A stretch of DNA of 46,101 nt from a virus (lineage: Duplodnaviria > Caudoviricetes): positions 1 to 46,101 of IMG/VR virus record IMGVR_UViG_3300017754_001947, one strand, 5' to 3'. Below, piece by piece: positions 26,801 through 38,700 of the stretch (position 1 is the first letter of the stretch; each line of letters begins with the position of its first letter). The notes beneath the pieces are model-generated. The model was not told the DNA's origin. It saw nothing but the letters and a program-made list of their open reading frames with translations, and searched no databases. The position numbers were made by a program, and so were the translations under genes.

Positions 26801-29743
26801 CCTCTGTATTTTAATAGATTGTATCAAGCAGAACAAGCTGTACAAGAAAAAAGAGAGAAAGACAGAGATGAAAGAATAAGAGAAGCATTTGTTGCTTATG
26901 AAAAACTTCTTAAAACTAACAGTTTCTTAAATGAATTATATGATCTTGGCCTTTGGATATTTCCTGAAGAAATAGAAGCTTTTAAAAAAGATCCTAGATC
27001 AGTAACTTACTTTGATAAAGTAAAAAAAGAAGTAATAGAACCTACTAGTGAAACTTATAAGAAGATCCAAGTTATTTTAGATAAGTACTTCCCTGTAGAG
27101 AAGAAAGAAGGAGAAGCTAAGGTTGAAGAAAAAGAAACTGAAGTTAAAGTTGAGGAAGAGAAAAAACCAAAAGCTACTCAAAAAGTAACACCTAATATAA
27201 CAATAGAGCAGCTCAATAAAATTCCTGAGCTTAAATCTATTCTTATCAAGCTTTACAAAAACCAATATGTAAGAGAAAGCAAAGGTCTTACTGATGAGCA
27301 AATTCTCAATACTCCTAAGTTTAAGAACTTTATCAAAACATCCGGTACAGCTCTAGATCAAATAGCTAAATACAATCTGTCTTCAGAACCTGTAATAGCT
27401 AAAGAAGAAGAAGTTGAAGTTGTTATACCAGATGAGTTAACAGATGATAATTGGAAAGAACTCATTGATAAAGCTGTATCTGAAAGAGAACTTGATAAGA
27501 TCATGCTGCAGATAGACAATGTTAATCAGATGAATGGTGGTTTAATGTTGGCTATAAGTAAGAAAAGAGATTCTTTTAAAGAAGCTTCTGAAGCAGCTCC
27601 CACAGCTCCTGCTACTACAGATGCTAAAGCTGATATAGAAAAAAATCTTGGAATAAAATTATCTGATTATATTGGTTTTCCAACGTCTTCATCAGGAGCA
27701 ATGAGTTGGGAAAAAATGTTGAGTGGAATAGATAATGATGGTTATCCTATTTCTGAAAAAGATCAAGTTGTTTTAAAATCAGGCTATGATTTAGGTAACG
27801 GGTATTTTGCTATAGGATACAAACAAAATAGTTCTTCTAATAAAATATCTTTTCATATATTCAAAAAAGGTATAGAGGTTCCTGCAACTAAAACTAGCAT
27901 AACAGCTTCAGATGCGTATGCTGCTCCTTCTAAAGAAACTATAGAAAAAATAAATTCATTAGCATCGCCTAGATTATTTTCTACTGCTGATACAGATGTT
28001 ATTCTTCAAAAAATAGATGTTCTTAAATCTAAATACGATGCAGAACTAGTTGCTTCAGAAGGTAAAGCTCAAGTAGATCCTAGAAAAGAAATAGAAGAAA
28101 AGATTAAAGGTCTTGAGGAACAGATAAAAACTACATATCGTTTCATGGGTAATACAGATAGCCATGCCGCTACTGTTCAAGCTGAAAAAGATATTAAGAT
28201 GTATGAGGAAGATCTTAAAAAACTAAAAAATGAACTAGCATCTTTAGAACCTAAACCTGAAGTAAAACCAGAAGAAGTAGAAGCTATATCAGAAAGAACT
28301 TATTACCAGGGAGCAGAAACTCTTGATGAAAGAGAATTTAACTACTTCACTACTGATAAAGAAGAAGCTAAAGACTACGGTGAAAATGTAAGAGAAGTTA
28401 GAGTAGAGCCTACTAATCCACTTGTTTACTATGAAAACCGAGAAGTAGTTGATGAGTTTAATAACCAAAATACAGGCCAAATTGCTGAAGAGTTTAAAGG
28501 TAAATTTATATATGTAAGTCCTGGAGCAGGTAAAACAACTCTTGCTGAGACAAATGAAAACATTGTTGATGCTGATCAGCTTATTATTGAAGAAATAAAT
28601 AAAGCTTATCCTGACTTTACAAGAAAAGCAGATGAAACTGATCAAGAGTTTATAAACAGATTTACTAAAAATTATAGAACAAAGAGAGTAGCAATTAATA
28701 ATGCTGTAAGGACTAGAGTAGAAGCTTTGCTTATAGAAGGTAAAACTGTATTAACTGGTACACTTGCTTTTGCAAATGATGTTGATTTAGCTTTTACATT
28801 AAAAGCTTCTGATCCTAAACTATTAAAAAGATTCTCTTCTACTCAAGAAGCATCAGACTTTTTAGCTAGAGAGCAGGAAACTTTTGATAATGCACAAAAA
28901 GAAATCAATATTCTTGATAAACCGGTAGAAAAGAAATTTACTACAGCTGCAAGGTTTGATTTACTTGACAACTCTCCAGAAGGATTAGCTACTCAAAATG
29001 CATTCTTTAAGTTTGCTAAGAGCAAAGGTTATGATGCCATTGACTTTAGCAGCAAAGGTTCAGAGGAGAGTAAATATCTTGTATCTCTTAATAATGATAT
29101 AATAAAACCTGCAACAGAAAAGAAAGCAGAAGTAAAAGTTGAAGAAAAAGTTGAAGCTAAACCTACTGGAAAACAGAGAGTTATAGTAACTCCTGACCTA
29201 TTAGCTAAAGTAGATGATATAGCCTCAATAGATGAGCTCAATGAATTCTTTGGCGATCTTTATGAAAATCAAGAAGCTAAAGAAAAGTATGGCTTATTAA
29301 ATGCACCTAATGCAGTAATAAAGAAACTTCATAGTGAATTTAAAAAGAGATTCTATAAGAAGAAAGACTTTAGAACAGCATTAAAAGGAACTGTAGGTTT
29401 ACTTACTACAGGTCAAAAATTTGTAGTTACTTCTAAGACAAAAGGTGGTTTAAAATACCGTATATTAGATGCTTCTAATCTCCCTGTTGGAGAAGAACAA
29501 ACTATGAGTAAAGAGGATTTTAAAAATAATGTTGATATCATATATAAAGATGGTATGGAACTGGAAGAAGGTTTATTTGCACCAGTAGCAACAGAAAATA
29601 AAATAACTTCTAATGAGAATATTGAAGGTACTTCAGTTGTTCTAACAAAAGAAAAGATTGACGAGACTTCAAATAAAATTGAAAATCTCAGCAAGGAAGA
29701 AGTAATTAAAAAATTAAAAGATAATTTAGGTTGTAAGAAATGA
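23843..29743 (+). CDS. Giant ejection / polyvalent protein, 1966 aa, with hydrophobic membrane-active segments and C-terminal accessory domains (ART-like, P-loop)
   Basis: Gly/Ala hydrophobic segments (LALAGLEIATLGG; FFSGFLMGSVAGGAQGLVMG), EALQE...QE motif, coiled coils, Walker-A-like SPGAGKTT at 28517-28540, and a single Cys near the C-terminus. Confidence 0.7.
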   Translation: MALESSLDKNISFPDFGPSGSPTQAFDREFSQVNTGIQYNNPIPIVSPALPPTSPDSVDINQNLVGNEQTGPVPGAKQTSGGTTDFVKAVNSYMGQADQWAKDKYKYGRTYSYGAGYKNMNFERYYEHPEFKKLGFSPYRDNEQLYNENSSWMDDFRRMGTQWGKLFTTGVGSSLFLVDDDEAEEAMQKGMAIGSSSKEGAGAWITNFGLNSAYSLGIMTEIVVEDLALAGLEIATLGGSTPLTIAELGRQSLLIGKGIKAIETTKNVIKGFKDINKVREAFSAVKLGDVALKTGKFLNPFTRTADFTYNLARGTGSYKELNNLAKTAKGFGEFYKDVREISLATEEGGMEAATASNTYHQKLIDEYYAKYGKMPEGQDAQDIYEKSKSVRASTQMWNNIIIFYSNRLVLGKLLDGFPSVSLLAKGIEETSTKYLTKTAVGEVLEKGALEAGEKSLGRKTAEFLVKSPYVPWSKSYIVGNLSEALQENAQEAIQKGVIAYHDKVDKDPSQAGFWQGVNHMGDAIGTQFSSEGMSTFFSGFLMGSVAGGAQGLVMGSYQKARSLNSTYKAELDAAKQNAEERETNIINAVNDIAKNAMNIGQKNADNAAISRNYAAEMDNAVNEGNEHKFNEAKDNMAGEKFYTLASTGKMKLITEHFNDMLKATDEELAQAYGKKVEDAPKVRQRLQTLIDRANNFQKIYDKATKEFANPNDPGVADPKRNPELYQKINRKYNAWNQAVKSIVISSEAAERVSGRMTSIANELSSVSPWIETRRGATVSNTAGTDEAMSLIDNYQRKDMIRTLLLEAEALEQGTEEQKEEAAEKRQIAETLKEWGIVTNNFNIELLSEKRTLTPEQKEAKANLMKIREGAVVKTEGSEEEYKVERVIGNQIVTKNKEGKTTYISRDKAQIVRESTLEKKSTAENTLDEAIEMMYDTYTKYLQLVAKQKGGTIIDKEGDAAFKKIRDFFMLERDSQDLTRAINLLSNPLYFNRLYQAEQAVQEKREKDRDERIREAFVAYEKLLKTNSFLNELYDLGLWIFPEEIEAFKKDPRSVTYFDKVKKEVIEPTSETYKKIQVILDKYFPVEKKEGEAKVEEKETEVKVEEEKKPKATQKVTPNITIEQLNKIPELKSILIKLYKNQYVRESKGLTDEQILNTPKFKNFIKTSGTALDQIAKYNLSSEPVIAKEEEVEVVIPDELTDDNWKELIDKAVSERELDKIMLQIDNVNQMNGGLMLAISKKRDSFKEASEAAPTAPATTDAKADIEKNLGIKLSDYIGFPTSSSGAMSWEKMLSGIDNDGYPISEKDQVVLKSGYDLGNGYFAIGYKQNSSSNKISFHIFKKGIEVPATKTSITASDAYAAPSKETIEKINSLASPRLFSTADTDVILQKIDVLKSKYDAELVASEGKAQVDPRKEIEEKIKGLEEQIKTTYRFMGNTDSHAATVQAEKDIKMYEEDLKKLKNELASLEPKPEVKPEEVEAISERTYYQGAETLDEREFNYFTTDKEEAKDYGENVREVRVEPTNPLVYYENREVVDEFNNQNTGQIAEEFKGKFIYVSPGAGKTTLAETNENIVDADQLIIEEINKAYPDFTRKADETDQEFINRFTKNYRTKRVAINNAVRTRVEALLIEGKTVLTGTLAFANDVDLAFTLKASDPKLLKRFSSTQEASDFLAREQETFDNAQKEINILDKPVEKKFTTAARFDLLDNSPEGLATQNAFFKFAKSKGYDAIDFSSKGSEESKYLVSLNNDIIKPATEKKAEVKVEEKVEAKPTGKQRVIVTPDLLAKVDDIASIDELNEFFGDLYENQEAKEKYGLLNAPNAVIKKLHSEFKKRFYKKKDFRTALKGTVGLLTTGQKFVVTSKTKGGLKYRILDASNLPVGEEQTMSKEDFKNNVDIIYKDGMELEEGLFAPVATENKITSNENIEGTSVVLTKEKIDETSNKIENLSKEEVIKKLKDNLGCKK

Positions 29744-32700
29744 TCTGTACATTAACTCCATCACAACTTGAAGATCTCTTAACACTAGTGTTATGGGATC
29801 TTTCTGATATTGTTAAAAAGGGAAACAAGTTTGACTATAAGACATACATGAAAGAAATGTATGATCTTATAAAAGCAAACTCACCTTATGAAAATGCAGA
29901 AGATACAGAAGCTTTAGCTCTTGACTATGCTAGACAAGCAGCTATTATGATTCATGAAGTTGCTGCTATTGGTAAAGTAAAAAAAGAAGGTAAACAAGTA
30001 AGACTTTCTGTTGAACTTAGTGAGGTTGGCTTTAGTAGTGATGCTCTTATTAAAGAAATAAAAAAATTTGAAGATCCTAATACAGGACTAGAAGCTGTAG
30101 CAGCTATTGTTAATCCAGTAACTGGTATAGCACAAGATCTTAAAAATGCTCAGATTGTTCAAGATTTAATAAGTCAAGAAGAAGAACTTAATAAACCAGA
30201 AGAAGTTAAAGAAGCAGTTATAAAAAAAGCTGAACCTTCTGTTAGAACTACTGATAAAGAAACTGTTAGTCGTGATTCAACAAGAAGAAATCCTCTTCTT
30301 ACTGTGTATTATAAAATACAGAGAGCTATTGTAAACTTTGTTAAAGAAGCTGTAAATACCAATAGCAAATCTGTAGAATATCCTGGTATAGGAAAAATCT
30401 ACATTAAGCTTGTTGCAGGAAGAAACATAGATGCTGAAAATAGAAGAGCAGCAGACAGTCAAGTTAGTGACTTTGATAAAAGAGTTTATGCTGTTGTTGT
30501 AGATGAAGAAGGTAATTTTCTTTATGCTAATGAGGATGGTACTCTTGCTAAAGAAGGTAAGAAGTTTGCATACTACTCAGCAAATGAAGTAGGTTCTCAA
30601 ATAGCTAACTATCTAAATGAGAACACTAGTAACTTTGTAAAAGCTAATATTATAGGTGGGTCACTTGGACAACTTGCTAATATTACTGCTTCAGATAGAA
30701 AGCTTAAAGACATTAAAGGAGTTACTTCCTCAACTACTGTATACCCTAGAGATGCTAGTAGCAAATTTCCTTATTATCAAATAGAAGGTTATCCCGGTAT
30801 ACTTACTATATCAGCACCTAAATTTGGAGATTTTAACCAAAGAGGTAAACTTGAAAAGATTGTTGATTTACTTATCAACAAAGTATATGAAAGAAATACA
30901 GAACTTTCATTTGATGATAAGCTAAAGAAAATGGAGTTTATGTTTTCTTTAGAGGGAGCAAGTAGAAAAAAAATAAGAGATCTTATTAAATCTAAAACAG
31001 AAAAAGTTACAGATCAAAATAAGAATCAAATTAGAACAGAGTTGATGGGTATAATTGGTGAGATGTATTTCAACATTGATTACCCATTATTCAATGCTAA
31101 TATATACAGAGACTTTGATGTTAATACTACTGAGACTGTAGATGGCAGAGTAATGTTCCAAGAAGGTCCTCAGAAGCGCTACAAAGAAGACTATCTTTTT
31201 GAAAACTTTACAAGCAGAGGTAAATTTGATTCTGAAGGTAATCCTGCTGTATTTGATTCATACTTAGAGTTTCAACCTCAAGAAGCTGAAGTAGATAAGT
31301 ATACTAAAGTAGCTGAAGAGGTAGCAAAAGCTGAGATTAAAGCTGCTCCTGAAGTCAATACTCAAGAACAAACTACAACAGCTCCAGGTATACAGGAAAC
31401 AATATCACTTGATGATATTGCTAATATAGCTATTAAAGACATAGATTCTTTATCTAAACTTATAGGTGTTAAATCACTAAATGGAAAAGAATCTGTAGTT
31501 AAAATAGCAAATGGTCTTATATGGTTCCTTGGTGGTAAAGAAGCTCTTAAGCATCCAGCAATGAAGAAGTTCATGTCAGCTCTTTCAAGAACTGAGGTTG
31601 AACAGATTAAAGCTTTAGCTGTACAAAATCCTGAAGCTTCTCCATTAGCTACTAAATATAAAGTACCTGTTGAGGTAGTATTTAAGGCTGTTAATAGTGG
31701 TCCAAGAGTAGCAGCAGCTACCTGGTCAGTTAATGGTATTGTACTTAATCAATACATGAGAGAAGAAGGAGAAAGCATTGATGAAGCAATCAGTGGTGAC
31801 TTCTCAGATATCTATCATGAAGCATGGCACGGGTTTACTCAAACCTGGTTAACAGAAGATCAAAGAAAGAATATGTATGCTGAAGCCAGCAAACAAAAAG
31901 GTTCTTTTACTGATTACAATGGTAACAAGGTAACATTTGCAAATGCTAAACCTCTTCAGTTAGAAGAGTATTTGGCAGAAGAGTTCAGAAAGTTTATGCT
32001 TTCTGGAGGTACTTATACAAGGCCAGAAACTCCTGTTCAAAACTCTATATTTGATTGGTTATTCAATCTTATCAAAAAGCTTTTTGGAAAAGCTAAAACT
32101 ACAGATAGTGAAATGCCTATTATTCAAGAGCTTTATCAAAAGCTTAGAGTAGGTGATATGTCCGGGTTTAACTTTGATGTAAACAACAGAGATAAAACAA
32201 TAGGTCAACTAAATAAAGCTGTAGAGAAAATATCTTCTAATAAAGAAGATATTGATCTGAATCATCAGGATTCAATGCAGCTTATCAATACTATTGATTC
32301 TATTATTTCTAACATAGTAGACTTCACTAATAAGAAAAGTGGCACAAATCGCTTTACTGTAGGCTTCTTTAAGAAAGAAGAAAACATGAAGGTTGCTTAC
32401 AAATATGCTAAGCAGCAATTAGAAACTACTATAAAGAAGCACCTGGAAGATAAGATTGCTAAGTCAGAAGGAGCTCAAAAGACTCACTTTGAAAAGCAGC
32501 TTTCTCTTGTTAATTGGGCTCTTAGAAACTTTGGAGATACTGAGAACCTTAAGAATAACAGAGATGGTAAAGGTCTTATAGCTTACCACCAAATGAAGTC
32601 TAAGTTTATATCCTATGAAGATAGAAAGAACTTCTTTGCTGATATAAATGAAGAGGCTTTGTCTACTAAAGGTAGAGAAGGTTATGGTGATAGAGCAGGT

Positions 32701-35700
32701 AATGAGTTCTCACACCAAGAACTTGGTGATCCAGATGTGCATGCTCTTTTAAGAAGTATCTATGCATTTAAAGGTAAGGATAAGGTGCTAAATGATTTTG
32801 GTACACAAGATCTTGTTCCATATGACCTTATGTGGAATAAGCTTGCTAAAATTCTTACCGGTACCATTACTATAGATAAAATGGAAGCTGCTCTTAAAGA
32901 AGCAGCTAAAACAGATGGTACTATTGAGCATTTACTTGAAAAACTTGGGGATAAGAATACTTCTCAATATGATGAAGAGTATAGCTTATGGACTAAGTTT
33001 TGGCAAACTTTTAATGGCTCATTAATTCCTTTAGTTCAGGTAAATGTTGAAGAAAACAAAGTTGGTGACACTGATGTTACAAAATATGTAATTAAGGTAG
33101 GTAGATCATCTGCTCCATATGCTCAGGTAGCTAATAGATGGAGTAATACATTTGAATATTTGACTAGTGATGAGGTTGATACTTTTGACAAAGACCCTCT
33201 TACAAATCAAAGCTATATTGATCTTAATAAACTATTTAAGAAATTTCCTAATGGAGTTACTAGAGAACAAAGAATGGAATTCTTTAGATCTTTAGGTATT
33301 TACTTTTCAAGTGATTCTAGAATTGCAGAAGCAATAGAAAAGAATAATATAGGTGGTGCATCTGATATATGGTCTAATCTTTCAAGTCTTTATTCTAAAC
33401 ATGGTGTTCAAAGAATAAACTCTTTAGAAGAAGTATTTGCGGCCTATAAAGAAAAACCTTCTGTAGATAAAAACGGAGTAAAAGTATTGGCTCCAGCTCT
33501 TGTAAGTTTGGAAACTTACTATAAAAAGCTCCAAGAACTTGAGGCAAGAAACTCAGACTATACTACAAACTTCTTATCTAGTAATGCTGAAGGAAACTCT
33601 CAATATGAGTATAGCTTAAACAATACTCTTAGTATTCTTACTGATGCTCTTAATACAGCAGATTCTTTTGAAGCTCTTATCAGTATGCCTCATATGGCAC
33701 AATTTAAAGAAGAATTAAATGCATGGAGTAAATCTTCTGCTACTTTAAATTCTCTCTTTGATATGAGTAATCCTGTAAAGAAAGAAAGAAGAAAAGATAA
33801 AGATGGCAAACCTATTAAGATAAATCTTAGTAACCTAAGTGGTGTTCAGCTTATTAGAGAAGATGGAACTGTAGGTATTGCTTCAGCTAGTGCTGACGTA
33901 TTTACTAAGTTTATCCAGGATTTACACCTTATGACAATTGCTGGTAAACCTGAGTTACCAAGACATGCTGATAAAACAAGTTCATTCTCTACCTATGTAG
34001 ATAGAATATACCCTGTTGGAGTAGGTGCTTCTAGAGGAAGTCTATACATTGATATTGAAGATCTTGCAAAAGATCAAGGTAAATCTGGTAAGAACAGAGC
34101 TTTTAGTATTGTAAAGAACTATATTAATTCTGAGCTTGATAGAATTAGAAGATTTAAAGCTTTACAAGAAAGAGTAGACAAAGGAGAAAATATTCAGTTT
34201 GATTTTAAATATCTTAAGAAAGGTCAAGACTTTGTAATATTTGAAGATGTACTGAGTAATAAAACAAAAGAACTTCTGCTTAAAGCTGATTCTTCCCTTA
34301 CTCTAGATGAAATATTAAATCTAAATGAAGGGGATATTTATGATAAACTTAGAGGGGACTTTGATAAATACTTTGATGTTCAAGTACAAAAAGCTAATGA
34401 GTATTTTGATAAGGTTGATAAGTTTACCGCAGAGAACCTTCTTATAACAATAGAAAGACAATCTAAAGTAAATAGACAGCAAGCAAAAGTAGCTGCTATT
34501 AATGCTTTTGTATATAACTCATGGATTCATAATGTTGAAGCTATGATTGTTATCTACGGAGATATTGCACAATACAAAGATGCTGATGACTTTACTAAGC
34601 GTATAGCAGGTTCCGGATCAACTGGTAAGATCATGAGATCTGATGCAGCTGGTATTCAGTATGTCAACAATAAGAAAAATAAGTATGCTATGAAAAGATT
34701 AGGAACTACTATGGATCCTAATCAGGCATCAGATCTTAATAACATTGGACTAGATGGTACTCTTAATTCTGCAATTCTAGAAGATAATAAAATAGGAACT
34801 CAATACATTGATCAGTTAAGAGAAGCTATTACAGAAGATGTTGTTAAAAGAAATAAGGACAAGAAGCTTTCTAAGAAAAAGATAAGTGAGATTGTTGAGA
34901 AAGAGCTTGGAGATTATGTAAACAGCATGAATGAAGGTGATGCTCAAGGCTGGATAAGCTTTGATGCATACAGAGCTTTATCAAATCTTGAAGGAAAGTG
35001 GAGACCTGAACATGAGAAGATGTATAATGATATCATAGAAGGTAAAGTAAAACCTGACTATGAAGCTATTAAATACTTCTTCCCTGTTAGAAAGTTTCAG
35101 TACTGGGGATCAGTAAAAAATGAACATGCTGCAGCTAATGCTTTCCATAAGTTCTCTTTGATGCCTCTTATTCCTTCTTTAACAGAAGATACTAGTATAG
35201 ATGATCTTCATTTAAAGATGATGAATGAAGGTATTCATTATGCTCTTTTTGAGTCAGGTTCTAAGGTATCTACTATTACTACTAATGGTGTTAAAGACAA
35301 GTTCTATACTAATAAAGAAGAAAGAACTATTGTAAACATTAATGATAAAGCGTTTACAAAGAACACAGTTCACTTACAATTCCTTAAAGATCAATTAGAT
35401 ATAGCTGATGAGTATAAAGGTAATGTTACATTTCCTACTCAGATGCGTAAGCTTATTGAATCAGGTCTAATGGAAGGTGGAGTACCTGTTGATTTTAAAC
35501 CAAACCTTAGTCTTGAGGCAAGAGTAAAGCTTTGGTCTACAGTAGTAGATAAGGAAGCAGAATCACCTATATATAAGCTTGTAATGAACTATGAGAGCAG
35601 TATTTCTGCTCTTACAAAAAAGCTTACGGATGATCTTATCAAAGAAGCATCTATAGAGTTTGATTCTGATGGCAATATCATCTTCAATGATAATCTTGCT

Positions 35701-38700
35701 AATTTCATGGTAAATGCTTTAAGATCTGAAGATCTTGCAGAGCATGAAATAGACTTCCTTAAAAAGGCACCTGGTGGCAAGAGTCTTGCACATGATCTTT
35801 CTTTATCTCTTTCTGCAGAAAAAATTGAAAAAGCTCTTAACTCTATAATTGTTAAGAGACTTGTAAGACAGAAGTTTAATGGTGAAGGTCTGATTCAGGT
35901 ATCTGGTGCAGGTTTTGAAAAGAAAGCTCCTAAGTTTAGAGTAGCTACTGATGAAGAAAGACTTAAGTACAAAGGTACTAATGACTTGCCTTTCTATAGA
36001 AGATCTGGTGGTAAAGATGGTAAAACCAGCGCTGCTAAGATCAAGATTGCAATGCAGGGAGATTTTGTAAAACTACTTAATCTTAAACACCCTGATGGTA
36101 ATAAAATAGAAACTATAGAAAGACTTAATCAGCTTATTACTGATGATGCTTGGTTAGATGAAGGTAATAATAGAAGAATGATCACAATAACTGGAGCTCG
36201 TATTCCAGTACAAGGTCTTAACTCTATGGAATTCATGGAAGTATATGAGTTCCTTGATCCTACAGCAGGCAATATTATTATTCTTCCATCTGAAATTGTA
36301 GCTAAGTCAGGATCTGACTTTGATATTGATAAGCTCACAATGATGATGCCTAACATTGAGTCTAATTATAGCTTTAAAAAATGGACTACAAAAGAAGGCA
36401 GAGAGCTACTAAAAACTCTTGCTACTGACAATCCGGATATTGCAGATAAACTTACTCCGGATAATGTAGGTATTATTCTTGATATCATTAAAAATAAAGA
36501 AGAACTCTTTAAGCTTGATGAATCAGACAATAAAGTCCTTGATTTACTTAAAGCAAATTCAGAATTTAATGTAGGACTTGAATCTGGCAATACAGTTGGT
36601 GGATTACAAAATAAGGTAATTCAAAGTATGATAGATATTTTGGAAATACCACAAAACTATCTTTCTTTAGTTAAACCTAACTCTACTTATATTGCCAAAG
36701 ATCTAGCAGATAATCTTGCAGCTAAGGTTCTTGATTATAACAATAACTATAGAGTTCATGATGAAGTGACTGGTAAACCTGCAGGTACTAGAGTATTTGA
36801 AATAGGCTTTAACCTTTATAAACATTCTTCACACAATATTGGTAAAGAAACACTTGGTCTAGGCGCTGTTGATAATACTTATAACTCTGTATTTAACAGA
36901 ATAGGTTTCTATCTTAATCCTTCATATACTGCTGGATTTGGAACAGAAAAATTTGAAAAGAGAGCTACAATCCTTCTTCCTCATAATAAACTAAATAATG
37001 GTATATCCTTGTCTCACATTATGGATGTGAACAAGGAGAATTATGTTGGGGATATTATATCACAGCTTATTAATGGTTGGGTAGACGTAGCTAAAGATGC
37101 TTGGATCTTTAATATTCAAGGTAATAAAGAAGCTTCTCCTACTTTGCTTTTCCTTATACAGGCCGGTGTACCTTTTAAACAAGCTGTACACTTAATGTCA
37201 CAACCTATTATTAGAGAGTACATTCAGGAACAAAAAAGAGCAAAGAGTATTCTTGCTAATGCTTTAGGAGAAGACATTAAAAATCCAAACTTTTTCAGAG
37301 GTCATACAAGAGATAAGTTTATGAATAGATACTTCTTACAAAGAAAAGGAGTAGTCTATGAAGAAGATTTTGATTATAACAATTTAAACAACTCTGAGAA
37401 ACAAAAGTTTATATATGATAGAACTCTTGAGTATACAAATAACCCAGAGTTTTTAAAGTTTGTATCTGATCCTGAAGCTATTGAAGGTAACATAACAAGT
37501 AAGACAATTTCTGATAATGATCTTGCATCTCTTCTTCATTTCTTTGAACTTGAGGATATGGCAAAAACAGTTAGAGATGTTAAACTTAGAACTAACTTTG
37601 ATACAACTAGATCATCTAGCGCATATGATGCAGAAGATAAAATAGCTCTTGCAGAAGCTTTAGAAACTAATGATCTTATTCCAGGTGATCTTCTTGATAA
37701 GGTTTTAAATGATACTCCTATTGGTTCATTCTATGTTCAACCATTTCAAGTAAAAGCTTGGAAAGGATTCTTTGAGCTTAGAAATAATGATAAGGTAAAT
37801 GCCTTCTTAAAAGAGTACATTAAGAAAAATAGAACAAGTATATATAATACTTATGGTGATGCAAGTGAATTTATTAAGGCATTTAAGAACAATCTTCCAA
37901 GCTTTGTTTTCCAAAATGAACTTAAAGCATTTGATATATCTAAGCCAAGTAGCTTTGATGGACTTATAGTTAATACAAGAGCTGGTTATGCTGTACTAAA
38001 AACAGCTATAAATCTTGAAACCGGTATAGCTGTTAAAAAAGTTGATGGCGAAAATGTAATCTACATTGATAAGGATTCCCTTATTAAAAACTATAAAGAC
38101 TTTGAAGAAGGTAAAGGAAACTTTAAACCTTCTTCTAAAGAAGGAAAGATATCTTCTGGACCTGCTTATGTAAATCCTATGGCATTTAATAAGGTTCCTA
38201 GAGATGAATATTTCAGATTTGTAGTTGCAAGAGAAGTATTAAGAGCTACTTATTCTAAAGAAGCTATTGAGCAGAGAGAAGATTATAAAGAACTTCTTAG
38301 TTCTAATATGAAGAATCAGTTATATACTCTTCAGGATGAGACTGCTGAAGCTCACAAAGCAAGAATGGAAAATCTTACTTATGAAGAAATTATAAGAGAT
38401 ACGGCTCTGAATAACACCTATAACTTATGGAAGCTATTCAAAAGCGATAAAACTGTAGCTGATGAGTTCTTTGATATAATCAAGAAACATCCATCTTTGT
38501 TAGATGATTACGCTATAGTTCAAAACTTTAAAAAGAGTGTAAGTAAAGACAAGAAAATTAAAAACTTGGTATTTACTGATACAGCTCTTACAGCTGACAA
38601 GCTTAATATCTTTAATGAGAACCTTTTAGAACTCTCTAATTCATCTTCTATAAAACTTGATATTAATGAAGAAGAAAAAACTAGAGTTGCTCAATTCTTT

